Shown here one piece after another: positions 42,611 to 55,542 of a stretch of 64,000 bases of DNA. The position numbers and the translations under genes were made by a program. Source of the DNA: Octopus vulgaris. Taxonomy: Eukaryota. Location: the NCBI GenBank assembly GCA_951406725.2, contig OX597815.1, positions 192,882,001 to 192,946,000 of the forward strand, in the 5' to 3' direction. The notes beneath the pieces are model-generated. The model did not search any database. It saw only the letters and a program-made list of their open reading frames with translations, and was not told the origin of the DNA. Position 1 is the first letter of the stretch. Each line of letters opens with the position of its first letter.

Positions 42611-43628
42611 CGTATATCTTTATATTACTATTTTAAAAAATAGAAAAGAGATACATTGTTCAACGCAATACTTCCTGGTATACAAAAAAAAAAAAAAAAA
42701 AAAAAAAGCGGCCTGTTCAGACACAAGTGTAGCTAGAGTGTATGCCGCCCGCCGGACCGCTCCCACCACCCACACCCCAGCTACGCTTATGTGTTCAAGG
42801 CTGGAATACATTTTATCACGTGTGATCGATCGGCATCTACCTGACGCTAACCACAAGAATATTAATATAAGCAAGATCTACAAGCTGTCGTTTTCACCTA
42901 AATTAAAGATAAAAGCATTTCGATGTCCACCACAGGAAACAGTTTACCTTTGATTTGTTTCAGTCATCGGAATGCAACCATGCTGGGGCACCGCGTTCAA
43001 GAAATTTTAGTCGCATGAATCGATCCCAGCAGTTTTAGCTTTTCAAAGCCTGGTTCTTATTCTATCGGGCTTTTTTTTTACTGAACTGTTAAGTTATTGG
43101 GACGTAAACACATCAACACCGTATCTGTGTGTGTTTCGTCCCTCTACCCACCATTTGGTAACCGGTGTTGGTTCGTTTACACCCATGTAACTTAGCGGTT
43201 TCGCCAAAGATCGATAGAATAAGTACCAGCCTTTAAAACAAAAATATATAAGTGCTGGGGTTTATTTGTTCGATTAAACTCTTCAGAACAGTGCTCCAGC
43301 ACGGCCGCACGCCTGAAACAAGTAAAAGATAAAAGACGAATGGTGTCTGAGTAATATTCTACGTTGGTTATTTCTATGGGTTTTGCTTCACAATCCTGGT
43401 TGTGGGTTTTGATTCCACTACGAAGCACTTTAAGCTGCACCAAAAAAATTACGTGCACAAGTCAAAGAAAAATTTATATTTATAGAGGAAAGACCATTGG
43501 GGGCTACAAGCAGCCCTGGGAACTGTGGCTGAGAGCGGTTGCTGTAGCACATGTCATTTCTCTGAGAACCATAGTAGATAAGAGTTAATGGTTTAACAAC
43601 ATTTTAGAATGAAACAAAACCCTCTAAC

Positions 43629-43808
43629 ATCATCATTTAACGTCCGTTCTCCATGCTAGCATGGGTTGGACGGTTCGACCGGGGATCTGGGAAGCCAGAA
43701 GGCTGCACCAGGCTCCAGTCTTATCTGGCAGTGTTTCTACAGCTGGATGCCCTTCCTAACGCCAACCAATCCGCGAGTGTAGTGGGTGCTTTTTACATGC
43801 CACCTGCA
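43629..43808 (-). mobile_element. SINE family 4 3' part with (GAT)n tail
   Basis: catcatttaacgtccgttctccatgctagcatgggttggac...ggatgcccttcctaacgccaacc; same family as 48130, 57546, 58090, 58890, 59640 and 60455. Confidence 0.85.
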
Positions 43809-43950
43809 CAGAAAATCTGTGCTAAAATAAAACATCTGTCCTAAAATAAAAATTCAATTCAAAATACTACTGGTAAAAATAACTGAAGCTAAATACGAAG
43901 ACTATAAAGTGAAAACAAGAGTCAAAAATAAGAAAAGTTATCGACAGAAC

Positions 43951-43956
43951 TTTATT
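43951..43956 (-). terminator. Probable CCT7 polyadenylation signal (AATAAA); 3' UTR about 43935-44538
   Basis: tttatt on plus, about 590 nt after the stop, followed on minus by a U-rich tract. Confidence 0.55.
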
Positions 43957-44538
43957 TTAAACATATTTATCCATATTCTTCAGTTGGTATAAGCATTGTC
44001 AAAGAATTGCAAAGAAAGCAATGAGTAAGGTAGCACAAGGAAAGATCTCTCAGTAGATTGAAGAGGGAGAACAATAACATGATGAAGCAAAAGTTATATC
44101 TTAATTATCAATGGGCTAATTAGAAATAAATTACATAAATAGGAAACTGATGACCTTCAATATGAGAATGCTCATTGCAGTAACAGAACCATACAAGTTT
44201 AGGTATGCAATCAAAAAAGACTTACCTTAAAAGATATGATAAAAGATTACTAGTAGTAGGTATAAACCTAAATGTACATATAGATTTATAATTTTAATAG
44301 ACTGTAAATGCAGACTGTGGCTAACTGAGAGGCATATATTGACTTATGTGTTCAGTTCATTTAAGTTATTATTACATATTGGTTTTGAACAAGGCTACAG
44401 AGCACAAGATATGAAAGGAGACAGCCAACTCTTTAGCGAAAGTTGACCTCAGTAATAATGTTCAATGTGAAAACCAGTGGAAAGTGTGTTACAAATGGCA
44501 AACTATCTGGTGATATATTAAGGAGATGTAATATGTTA

Positions 44539-44750
44539 TTATGCTGGTCGTCCTCTTCCTCTGCCTCCACTAGCATCAGGTGCTTCGGATTTGGGATTTT
44601 TGATAGTTTCATCAACAGACAACAGTAGACAAGTTGCTTCTACAGCTGATAGAAGAGCGTTACATTTGACAACAGCAGGTTCCCAAATACATGCTTCAAA
44701 GTTATCTGTAATATCTTCATTCATCACATCGACTCCGTACCACATACCAC
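44539..44750 (-). CDS. CCT7: CCT7 terminal coding exon ([70 protein letters not shown])
   Basis: gtag acceptor, TAA stop at 44539-44541. WEP and SVDETIKNP motifs, and the GRGRGRP tail typical of CCT7. Confidence 0.98.
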
Positions 44751-45129
44751 CTACAAAATCAAAAGGAACAATTTCAATAAAGTTCTAATTTAATTTATAA
44801 GTAAGTCCTATAAAGCTTAACACAGCACGTAAAATTTTATTTACAGTAAATTTAATCCCCAAAGGATTCAATACAGATTTTTAAATATTTTTATGCTCTC
44901 CATGTCAGATCATTCTAATTTACTATTTTCTAAGTTTCCATATAAAAAAAAAAATTCCTTACTTCACCAGTATCATCATCATTTAACATTCGTTTTCTAT
45001 GCTGGTATGGCCAGGAACCACACTAAACTCAAATGTCTCTTTTGGCACATTTTTTACAGCTGGATGCCCTTCCTAACACTCACCACTTTACAGGGTGGTT
45101 TTACATGGCACCATAACCATTCCAGATGA

Positions 45130-45905
45130 AATCTTGAGGTCAAAGGAGATGTCCAATTATTCTGGATGGGTTATCTATGTATAATGATAAGCACAAAGCT
45201 TCTCATGGAGTGTCTTCTTTTCTTTTAGTCTACGCCACATCACTTATGAACATCAACCCCAACTCAAGAGCAAATTTCCCTGCAGGCTGCATGAGATGAC
45301 ATTGAGCATACCAACTCTGAGATAGTCCCTCATAAGACATATGCCATGTGGGCCTGAACATCAGACTTGAATGTATCCACGAGGTTACAGAAAAAAGTGC
45401 AGTGACAGGTCAATCTGACAAAAACAGTGGCCAGCAAATTTTAACCATCTTTGATTGATTGTCTGTCTGATGAGCAGTAAAGATCCATACAGTGACTTAA
45501 TTGATGTATGGTCATCATAAGAAATATTAAAGGACTTGTATAAAAGTTGAGTGTATATGCTGTCTGACGTACAACTGCAAATGCTCCACATCTCACAAAC
45601 CAGGAGTTGGCTGTCATTGAAGTCGATCTCTCAATAAACTGTTTGAAGATAAAGACCATCATCATTGGTGAAAATGATGGTGAGTGTGTGGTGATACACT
45701 TACATTAGGACACATCAATTCAGATGCTTAATTTCTGGTACCTGGGCTCTTGTATTCATTCTACCAGTACAATCAGCAGTCAACAAGATATGGAAAATTT
45801 GGAAAGGACCACAACTGTAAAGTGACCAAAAACCAAGCCTATTTCATGCCACAGTAGAATCTGTTCTGCTCTATGGCTCTGAATGTTTGTCCCTTATGGT
45901 GACTC
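45130..45905. pseudogene. Degenerate RTE-like LINE RT C-terminal fragments in opposite orientations
   Basis: Plus: FWYLGS and FHATVESVLLYGSEC. Minus: DSIYTQLL...QRWLKFAGHCF. Confidence 0.7.
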
Positions 45906-46390
45906 TATAGTGATTATCCATGAAGTATGCTTTACTGTTAAATCCAAATACAGAAGATGAATAAAAACTGCACCTATTTGAACTGGTGTCTATTCACAAT
46001 ATTTAAATAAAACTGAATCTCGATATAAAAGTGTTCCGAAGAAAAATATGAGATGTTAATTCATGATCCCCGAGCAGAACATCTAATATCTTAGCAACCA
46101 ATCTATCCATTTGTGTGTGTGTGTGTGCATAATACACACACACAATGCAAAATGGAATTTTAAATAATCCAGAAAGGAGCAGATAAATTCACTATTATTT
46201 TACAAAATCTTGGGAAGAAAAAAAGAGAGAGTACAGAAAAACCTTAATTTTCATATTGAAATTATAAAGAAACAGTCTACGCAATTTTAAATCCCTTCAT
46301 ATGGAAAATTTATGGTTAAAATACACTACACAGAAGGATTTATAGATTATATGTACTATTTCAGAAAGTTTATTTTATCTTTTTACTTAC

Positions 46391-46579
46391 CTTGAGCATG
46401 TTTTTGTCTTAGTTTATTCAAGATGTTGGTAGAATCAAATCCAGCGTTATCACTTAATTGACGTGGAATTATTTCTAATGCTTTTGCTATGGCACCAATT
46501 AGTAACTGGTCTTTCCCGGCAATTGTTCGAGAATATTCTCTCAAGTAACGACTCAATTCTATTTCTATAGCACCACCGC
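46391..46579 (-). CDS. CCT7: CCT7 coding exon ([63 protein letters not shown])
   Basis: 189 bp, ttag/gtaagt. Chaperonin motifs GGGAxE and [16 protein letters not shown]. Confidence 0.98.
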
Positions 46580-47275
46580 CTAAAATAAAATATCACACAA
46601 CATTAAGATTCAACCGTACTTACAATTTCATTTAAATCTTTTTTAATATGATTCTTTTTTTTTTTTTACTTTCTTAAAAACGATGACTATGATATATCTT
46701 TGACAACTAAAATGTCACAACATCAGAACAAGATTGGCAAACAGCCAATCATGAAAGACCTTGTGACTGTAACCTTCCTCAAGAAAACCCATTTATATAT
46801 TCACTTACCATAGAAATTCAATATATGGAACAACTAAGATAATTTTTTTTTTTAATATTTAGCTCTAATAGCTAATTAAAAATCACCCTAGCCCACACAC
46901 CTCTTGAAAACGATGGTTTATTACTTATGGCCAACCTCATCTAAAAGACAAATTTGAAGGCTTTGTTACAAGATATTGAAAATACTGGGAAAAAATACAA
47001 GAAAGAAATGAAGTGATCAATGCCAGGCCATAAAAGGGTTTTCAGAAACCACACAAAATTTCAGACACAACTGGCACAGTACAAGACTATGCAAGAGAAA
47101 GAAAGCCAACCAAGGTCGCTTAAAACAGGGCAAGCAACATGTGTAAGTTACTAATTATAGCACTTGCCAGATAAATGTGTGTGAGTATATATATATAAAA
47201 AAAAAAAAGTGCCCCAGCATGGCCACAGCTTGTGAGCTGAAACTAGATTAAAAAAAAAAAAAGCGTGTTTGCATG

Positions 47276-47420
47276 TGGAGGCACATGGCCTAGTGGTTAG
47301 AGCAGCAGACTACGGTTGAGGGATCGCCAGTTCAAATCTCAAATCGGGCGATGTGTGGGTGTTTATGAGTGAAATACCCAAGCCCCACGTAGCTCCAGCA
47401 GAAGGTAATGGCGAACTTCT
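47276..47420 (+). mobile_element. SINE family 3 5' fragment
   Basis: gtggaggcacatggcctagtggttagagcagc head. Confidence 0.75.
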
Positions 47421-47842
47421 GTAAATATGACAGGTTCAACAACTCAGTCTGCTTGGTCTAAAGGGGTGGTTTCCAACCAGGGTGCACATGACCCTTGGCA
47501 AGTCCATACAAGATTTTGTCGTTAAAATCTATGTGCAATCTTTTTTTATACAATTTCCAATAATATTTCAATTATTGAAATATAATATATATTTTTTCTT
47601 AAAACATCGAATGGTTGCGATCAAGGGGAGATAAATCGAGTTAAGAAACTAGTTGCAAATAATTAGTGATGGACGATATGTAATAGCTGCTGTTTTGTTA
47701 TTTACAGTGAAATTCTGCAAATACTAATAAAAAACAAAATGCAAGTAAAATGTTTCATATTATCAAGTTTACTTTGACAACAGAAGACCTTGCTTAAGAC
47801 ACTATTATAATAAGAACAAAATGAAATCTGAAAGTATCTCAC

Positions 47843-47994
47843 CAGCGACAACAGCATCATTTTTCAAAGCCCTTCGCACAATCATAATGGCATCATGGAG
47901 AGATCTTTCGGTCTCTTCAATAAATTGTTCGGCACCACCTCTCAGAATCATTGTGCAGGTTTTCGCTTGGGGACATCCAGTGAAAATGTTATAC
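47843..47994 (-). CDS. CCT7: CCT7 coding exon ([50 protein letters not shown])
   Basis: 152 bp, ttag/gtgag. Motif [27 protein letters not shown]. Confidence 0.98.
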
Positions 47995-48129
47995 CTAACA
48001 TCAAGTACAGCAATAAGAAAACATTAGTATCACTAACCTTAATAGTCAATTCTCAAAATTATCAGTGTGACCACTTCACTGAGGATACAACCTGCTTTTG
48101 AACTAACAAAATTTATTACTAAACAGAGT

Positions 48130-48392
48130 CATCATCATCATCCTCATCGTCGTTTAACGTCCGTTCTCCATGCTAGCATGGGTTGGACGGTTCGACCGGG
48201 GATCTGGGAAGCCAGAAGGCTGCACCAGGCTCCAGTCTAATCTGGCAATGTTTCTACAGCTGGATGCCCTTCCTAACGCCAACCACTCCGTGAGTGTAGT
48301 GGGTGCTTTTTACGTGCCACCTGCACTGGTGCCAGGCGAGGCTGGCATCGGCCACGGTCGGATTGGTGCATTTTACGTGCCACCTGCACGGA
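48130..48392 (-). mobile_element. SINE family 4, young copy
   Basis: Near-identical to 43629-43808. Confidence 0.87.
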
Positions 48393-48643
48393 ACCCAGTT
48401 GAGAAGAAAAGTGAGAAATTTACATTTATTTTACTTTAATATTTTATGTCTTGCAATGCAGTAATATATCTGGATATATTGTGAAGTAAATAACACAATA
48501 AAAAGACCATTTTTTATTAACTTTCATTGCGAATGAAAGCTGTAGTCTATATGTTCTTTTTGCTGTAGCATAGTATACACATAATTACAATTCGAAAGAA
48601 TCAACCAACAAACTGTATGTTGTAAAAGAATCGATATATTGAG

Positions 48644-48824
48644 ATATGTTGGTTTCAAAGACTAAGTTCTACCAAATAAATTTGACAGAACAACTCTCAT
48701 GAAACCAAAATAGTATCAAAGTAAAACCAGAACAGTTCGACTTGTTGATACAATAGTTTTAGTATCCCACAAATGTAACACTGTATGACAATAGCAGACA
48801 TCCAGTTGACTTGTATGTGGTATT
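48644..48824 (-). ncRNA. SNORA74: Box H/ACA snoRNA, U19/SNORA74 (snR191)-like, copy A1
   Basis: 5' hairpin CCACA/UGUGG with pocket AGUCA...GUUAC and H box AUACUA 14 nt later. Middle hairpin GUAUCAA/UUGAUAC. 3' hairpin GGUUUCA/UGAAACC with pocket GAGAGU...UAGU and ACA 15 nt later. Pockets pair with 28S helix 69 GUAACUAUGACUCUC. Confidence 0.9.
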
Positions 48825-49223
48825 CCAGAAAAATGAGTTTTGGAAATTGTTATTCATAAACCAATTCTGATGTCTAATATATTTGAGATAATAGTGGAGC
48901 TAACAACAGCAATTCATGCACCAGTATTACTATATTACATTTGAAATTCAATGTATTCAAAAATCTTTGGTGAAACCCAGTATTTTGTGATTCATGCACT
49001 GTAAAAGAAAGCTGGTAATCAAGGTGTATGTTTGATAAGCTGCAACTAAACGAGAATGATTAGAGCAAAGCATTCAGATGAAAACCATGCCAAATCAGAC
49101 TGGAGTCTGAGGTAGCCTTCCTCTGTGCCAGCCCAGTCAATCCGTTCAAATGGACATTAAATGATGACGACGATGATGATAAGAATTATACCAATACAGT
49201 TGGGTAAGAATATTAATAGAATG

Positions 49224-49362
49224 TTATGTAGGTTTCATTTATCAAGTTCTACCATATTATGTTTGATAGAACAACTCTCGTGTAACCAGATTAGTTTTAA
49301 TATTCCACAAACGCAATACTGTATGACAATATTAGGCATCCAGTTGTCTTAAACTGTGGTAC
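49224..49362 (-). ncRNA. Two-hairpin H/ACA snoRNA-like derivative of U19, copy B1
   Basis: Aligns to the A copies but lacks the 43-nt middle hairpin. Keeps CCACA/UGUGG, ACUG/CAGU and GUUCUAUCA/UGGUAGAAC stems, H box AUAUUA and ACA at the same 14/15-nt spacing. Antisense elements altered. Confidence 0.7.
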
Positions 49363-50133
49363 ACTTTATATATAAAAAACAAATCATATTATTAATGAAC
49401 ATTGTTAATCATAATGATGTATATACAAAATTATTAGTTAATCAATAACACTGTGTTAAAGGTACAAGGTTTATTAAATACAGTTAGATAAGTCTTTAAT
49501 TAGCTCAAAGCATTCATTCAATATTTTCAAAAACAAATAATTCTAAAGACTAAGAAAGGAAACACCACCCATAGTGTTACATTTAATACTGAACAAGATA
49601 TTATTTAATAAATTCATATCAATTAATAAAAGTCTACTAAAAATTATATTTTGTGTAAAAATTTTTGGCTTAACACTTTAGCATTCAACCTGGCCATATC
49701 CAGCCCAAATATTCCACCTGTTTTATGTTCAAATCAGCCAGAACTGGCCTCTCACACCTATCCTACTATGTCATTCTAAAAATAAACAATGTAAATAAGC
49801 ATTACATTTGATAGAGTGATGTGGATGCTAAAGGCTTAAGGAAGATATTGACTAAATCCCTAAAAATTCTTTACTGATTTTCAAATTAACCGGAACAGAT
49901 GTATTTTAATAGAAGTAGGAGAAATGAAAGGTAAAAATGACCTTTTGATATAATTTTATCACCCAGCACTAAGTTTTCTGATGATAAGGTATCACCCATA
50001 AATTCAGATTCCTTGTAAGATCTAAGCACAAAATACCAACTCAGTCATAAAGAATCAGATAAATATTTTTATTAGTTTTATGGACGAATCAAAAAATTCT
50101 ACAAATGTAGAGGAGTAAAGCTTAGCACAGAGG

Positions 50134-50314
50134 CAATGTTGGTTTCAAAGACTAAGTTCTACCAAATAAATTTGACAGAACAACTCTCATGAAACCAAAA
50201 TAGCATCAAAGTAAAACAAGAACAGTTCGACTTGCTGATACAATAGTTTTAGTATCCCACAAATGTAACACTGTATGACAATAGCAGACATCCAGTTGAC
50301 TTGTATGTGGTATT
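50134..50314 (-). ncRNA. SNORA74: U19/SNORA74-like H/ACA snoRNA, copy A2
   Basis: Same three-hairpin fold, boxes and antisense elements as A1. Confidence 0.88.
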
Positions 50315-50968
50315 TCAGATAAATAAGCCCTTTTGAAATTGTCAGTCATAAACCAATTCTGATGTCTAATACATTTGAGATAATAGTGACGCTAACAACG
50401 ACAATTCATGTACCAGTATTACTATATTACTTATGAGATTCAATGTATTCAAAAATCTTTAGTGAAACCAAGTATTTTGTGATTCATGCACTGTAAAAGA
50501 AAGCTGGTAATCAAGGTGTATGTTTGATAAGCTACAAGTAAACGAGACAGACAATCAACTTAATATGTAATAAATTAGAAAGGTTAAAATAATTGACCAC
50601 AATATCATCATCATAATCATTTTAACAACACAAGATATAAATTAGTGAGATGACCAGGAAATGAAATATTAGATACAGCAAATATATTCATCCCATCACA
50701 CACACATTCAGCTGCCTTACAAGATCAAAGCAATGAAGCACCAATTCGTGCTGGTGGCATGTAAATGCACCCATTACACTCTTGGAGTAGTTGGCATTGG
50801 GAAGGGCATCCAAACGCAGAAAACCATGCCAAATCAGACTGGAGTCTGAGGTAGCCTTCCTCTGTGCCAGCCCAGTCAATCTGTTCAAACAGACATTAAA
50901 TGATGACGATGATGATGATGATGATAAGAATTATACCAATACAGTTGGGTAAGAATATTAATAGAATG

Positions 50969-51107
50969 TTATGTAGGTTTCATTTATCAAGTTCTACCAT
51001 ATTATGTTTGATAGAACAACTCTCGTGTAACCAGATTAGTTTTAATATTCCACAAACGCAATACTGTATGACAATATTAGGCATCCAGTTGTCTTAAACT
51101 GTGGTAC
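50969..51107 (-). ncRNA. Two-hairpin H/ACA snoRNA-like derivative, copy B2
   Basis: Essentially identical to B1. Confidence 0.7.
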
Positions 51108-51995
51108 ACTTTATATATGAAAAATAAATCATGTTATTAATGAACATTGTTAGTCATAATGATGTATATACAAAATTATTAGTTAATCAATAACACTGTG
51201 TTAAAGGTACAAGGTTTATTAAATACAGTTAGAAGATAAGACTTTAATTAGCTCAAAGCATTCATTCAATATTTTCAAAAACAAATTTGGTAATTATGAA
51301 TAAATAATTCTAAAGCCTGAGAAAGGAAACACCATCCATAGTGTTACATTTAATACTGAAAAGATAATATTTAATAAATTCATATCAATTAATACAAAGT
51401 TTACTAAAAATTATATTTTGTGTAAAAACATTTGGCTTAACATTTCAGCATTCAACCTGGCCATATCCAGCCCAAATATTCCACCTGTTTTATGTTCAAA
51501 TCAGCCAGATCTGGCCTTTCCTACCTATCCTACAATGTCATTCTAAAATAAACAATCACATCATTGAAATATTGAATGCATAAGTAATTTAAACCAATGT
51601 GAATAAGCATTACATTTGACAGAGTAATGTGGATGCTAAAGGCTTAAGGAAGATATCGACTAAATCCCTGAAAATTCTTTACTGATTCTCAAATTAACCG
51701 GAACAGATGTATTTTAATAGAAGTATGAGAAATGAAAGGTAACAATGACCTTTTGATATAATTTTATCACCCAGCATTGTTTTATAATTAGACTATTTAA
51801 TAAAGTAGATAAGTGAATGCACACGGGGCACTAAGTTTTCTGATGGTAAGGTATTACCCATAAATTCAGATTCCTTGTAAGATCTAAGCACAAAATACCA
51901 ACTCAGTCATAAAGAATCAGATAAATATTTTTATTAGTTTTATGGACGAATCAAAAAATTCTACAAATGTAGAGGAGTAAACCTTAGCACAGAGA

Positions 51996-52176
51996 CAATG
52001 TTGATTTCAAAGACTAAGTTCTACCAGATGAATTTGACAGAACAACTCTCATGAAACCAAAATAGCATCAAAGTAAAACAAGAACAGTTCGACTTGTTGA
52101 TACAATAGTTTTAGTATCCCACAAATGTAACACTATATGACAATAGCAGACATCCAGTTGACTTGTATGTGGTATT
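51996..52176 (-). ncRNA. SNORA74: U19/SNORA74-like H/ACA snoRNA, copy A3
   Basis: Same as A1. Two stem substitutions convert G-C to G-U. Confidence 0.86.
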
Positions 52177-52855
52177 TCAGATAAATAAGCCCTTTGGAAA
52201 TTGTCAGTCATAAACCAATTCTGATGACTAATATATTTGAGATAACAGTGGAGCTAACAACAGCAATTCATGTACCAGTATTACTACATTACTTATGAAA
52301 TTCAATGTATTCAAAAATCTCTAGTGAAACCCAGTATTTTGTGATTCATGGACTGTAAAAGAAAACTGGTAATCAAGGTGTATGTTTGATAAGCTGCAAC
52401 TAAACGAGAATGATTAGATCAAAGCATTCAGGGTTTTAAAAAATAATGACAGACAATCAACTTAATATGCAATGAATTAGAAAGGTTAAAATAATTGACC
52501 ACAATATCATCATCATAATCATTTTAACAACACAAGATATAAACTAGTGAGATGACCAGGAAATGAAATATTAGATACAGCAAATATATTCATCCCATCA
52601 CACACACATTCAGCTGACTTACAAGATCAAAGCAATGAAGCACCAATTCGTGCTGGTGGCATGTAAATGCACCCATTACACTCTTGGAGTAGTTGGCATT
52701 GGGAAGGGCATCCAAACGCAGAAAACCATGCCAAATCAGACTGGAGTCTGAGGTAGCCTTCCCCTGTGCCAGCCCAGTCAATCTGTTCAAACGGACATAT
52801 GATGATGATGATAAGAATTATACCAATACAGAGGGGTAAGAATATTAATAGAATG

Positions 52856-52994
52856 TTATGTAGGTTTCATTTATAAAGTTCTACCATATTATGTTTGATA
52901 GAACAACTCTCGTGTAACCAGGTTAGTTTTAATATTCCACAAACGCAATACTGTATGACAATATTAGGCATCCAGTTGTCTTAAACTGTGGTAC
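52856..52994 (-). ncRNA. Two-hairpin H/ACA snoRNA-like derivative, copy B3
   Basis: As B1, with one change in the 3' pocket (UUUAUA versus UUGAUA). Confidence 0.65.
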
Positions 52995-53785
52995 ACTTTA
53001 TATATAAAAAACAAATCATGTTATTAATGAACATTGTTAGTCATAATGATGTATATACAAAATTATTAGTTAATCAATAACACTGTGTTAAAGGTACAAG
53101 GTTTATTAAATACAGTTAGATAAGACTTTAATTAGCTCAAAGCATTCATTCAACATTTTCAAAAACAAATTTGATAATTATGAATAAATAATTCTAAAGC
53201 CTGAGAAAGGAAACACCACCCAGTGTTACATTTAATACGGAACAAGATATTATTTAATAAATTCATATCAATTAATACAAAGTCTACTAAAAATTATATT
53301 TTGTGTAAAAATTTTTGGCTTAACATTTTAGCATTCAACCTGGCCATATCCAGCCCAAATATTCCACCTGTTTTACGTTCAAATCAGCCAGATCTGGACT
53401 CTCCTACCTATCCTACTACGTCATTCTAAAAATAAACAATCACATCATTGAAATATTGAATACATAAGTAATTTAAACCAATGTGAATAAGCATTACATT
53501 TGACAGAGTAATGTGGATGCTAAAGGCTCAAGGAAGATATCAACTAAATCCCTAAAAATTCTTTACTGATTCTCAAATTAACTGGAACAGATGTATTTTA
53601 ATAGAAGTAGGAGAAATGAAAGGTAAAAAATGACCTTTTGATATAATTTTATCACCCAGCATTGTTTAATAATTAGACTATTTAATAAAGTAGATAAGTG
53701 AATGCACACGGGGCACTAAGTTTTCTGATGGTATGGTATTACCCATAAATTCAGATTCCTTGTAAGATCTAAGCACAAAATACCA

Positions 53786-53966
53786 AAATGTTGGTTTCAA
53801 AGACTAAGTTCTACCAGATGAATTTGACAGAACAACTCTCATGAAACCAAAATAGCATCAAAGTAAAACAAGAACAGTTCAACTTGTTGATACAATAGTT
53901 TTAGTATCCCACAAATGTAACACTGTATGACAATAGCAGACATCCAGTTGACTTGTATGTGGTATT
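53786..53966 (-). ncRNA. SNORA74: U19/SNORA74-like H/ACA snoRNA, copy A4
   Basis: Same as A1. A flanking spacer deletion stops a few nt outside the ACA box. Confidence 0.87.
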
Positions 53967-54512
53967 TCAGATAAATAAGCCCTTTTGACTTATGAGATTC
54001 AATGTATTCAAAAATCTTTAGTGAAACCAAGTATTTTGTGATTCATGGACTGTAAAAGAAAACTGGTATTCAAGGTGTATGTTTGATAAGCTACAAGTAA
54101 ACGAGACAGACAATCAACTTAATATGTAATGAATTAGAAAGGTTAAAATAATTGACCACAATATCATCATCATAATCATTTTAACAACACAAGATATAAA
54201 TTAGTGAGATGACCAGGAAATGAAATATTAGATACAGCAAATATATTCATCCCATCACACACACATTCAGCTGCCTTACAAGATCAAAGCAATGAAGCAC
54301 CAATTCGTGCTGGTGGCATGTAAATGCACCCATTACACTCTTGGAGTAGTTGGCATTGGGAAGGGCATCCAACTGCAGAAAACCATGCCAAATCAGACTG
54401 GAGTCTGAGGTAGCCTTCATGTGTGCCAGCCCACTCAATCTGTTCAAACGGACATTAAATGATGACGATAAGAATTATACAAATACATTGGGGTAAGAAT
54501 ATTAATAGAATG

Positions 54513-54651
54513 TTATGTAGGTTTCAGTTATCAAGTTCTACCATATTATGTTTGATAGAACAACTCTCGTGTAACCAGATTAGTTTTAATATTCCACAAA
54601 CGCAATACTGTATGACAATATTAGGCATCCAGTTGTCTTAAACTGTGGTAC
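54513..54651 (-). ncRNA. Two-hairpin H/ACA snoRNA-like derivative, copy B4
   Basis: As B1. Confidence 0.68.
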
Positions 54652-55542
54652 ACTTTATATATAAAAAACAAATCATGTTATTAATGAACATTGATAGTCA
54701 TAATGATGTATATACAAAATTATTAGTTAATCAATAACACTGTGTTAAAGGTACTAGGTTTATTAAATACAGTTAGGTAAGTCTTTAATTAGCTCAAAGC
54801 ATTCATTCAATATTTTCAAAAACAAATAATTCTAAAGACTAAGAAAGGAAACACCACCCATAGTGTTACATTTAATACTGAACAAGATAATATTTAATAA
54901 ATTAACCTATTTCATATCAATTAATACAAAGGCTACTAAAAATTATGATGGAAAATTAAATTTTGTGTAAAAACTTTTGGCTTAACATTTCAGCATTCAA
55001 CCTGGCCATATCCAACCCAAATATTCCACCTGTTTTATGTTCAAATCAGCCAAAACTGGCCTCTCCTACCTCTCCTACTACGTCATTCTAAAAATAAACA
55101 CTCACATCATTGAAATATTGAATACATAAGTAATTTAAACCAATGTGAATAAGCATTACATTTGACAGAGTAATGTGGATGCTAAAGGCTTAAGGAAGAT
55201 ATCGACTAAATCCCTAAAAATTCTTTACTGATTTTCAAATTAACTGAAACAGATGTATTTTAATAGAAGTAGGAGAAATGAAAGGTAAAAAATGACCTTT
55301 TGATATAATTTTATCACCCAGCATTGTTTAATAATTAAACTATTTAATATAGTAGATAAGTGAATGCATACGGGTCACTAAGTTTTCTGATGATAAGGTA
55401 TCACCCATAAATTCAGATTCCTTGTAAGATCTAAGCACAAAATACCAACTCAGTCATAAAGAATCAGATAAATATTTTTATTAGTTTTATGATCGTATCA
55501 AAAATTTCTACAAATTTAGAGGAGTAAAGCTTAGCACAGAGA

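Noticed and set aside
49975-50065. Possible C/D box snoRNA (TGATGA) in the repeat unit
   Set aside because: The motif is antisense to the host gene and reads TGATGG in two of four units.
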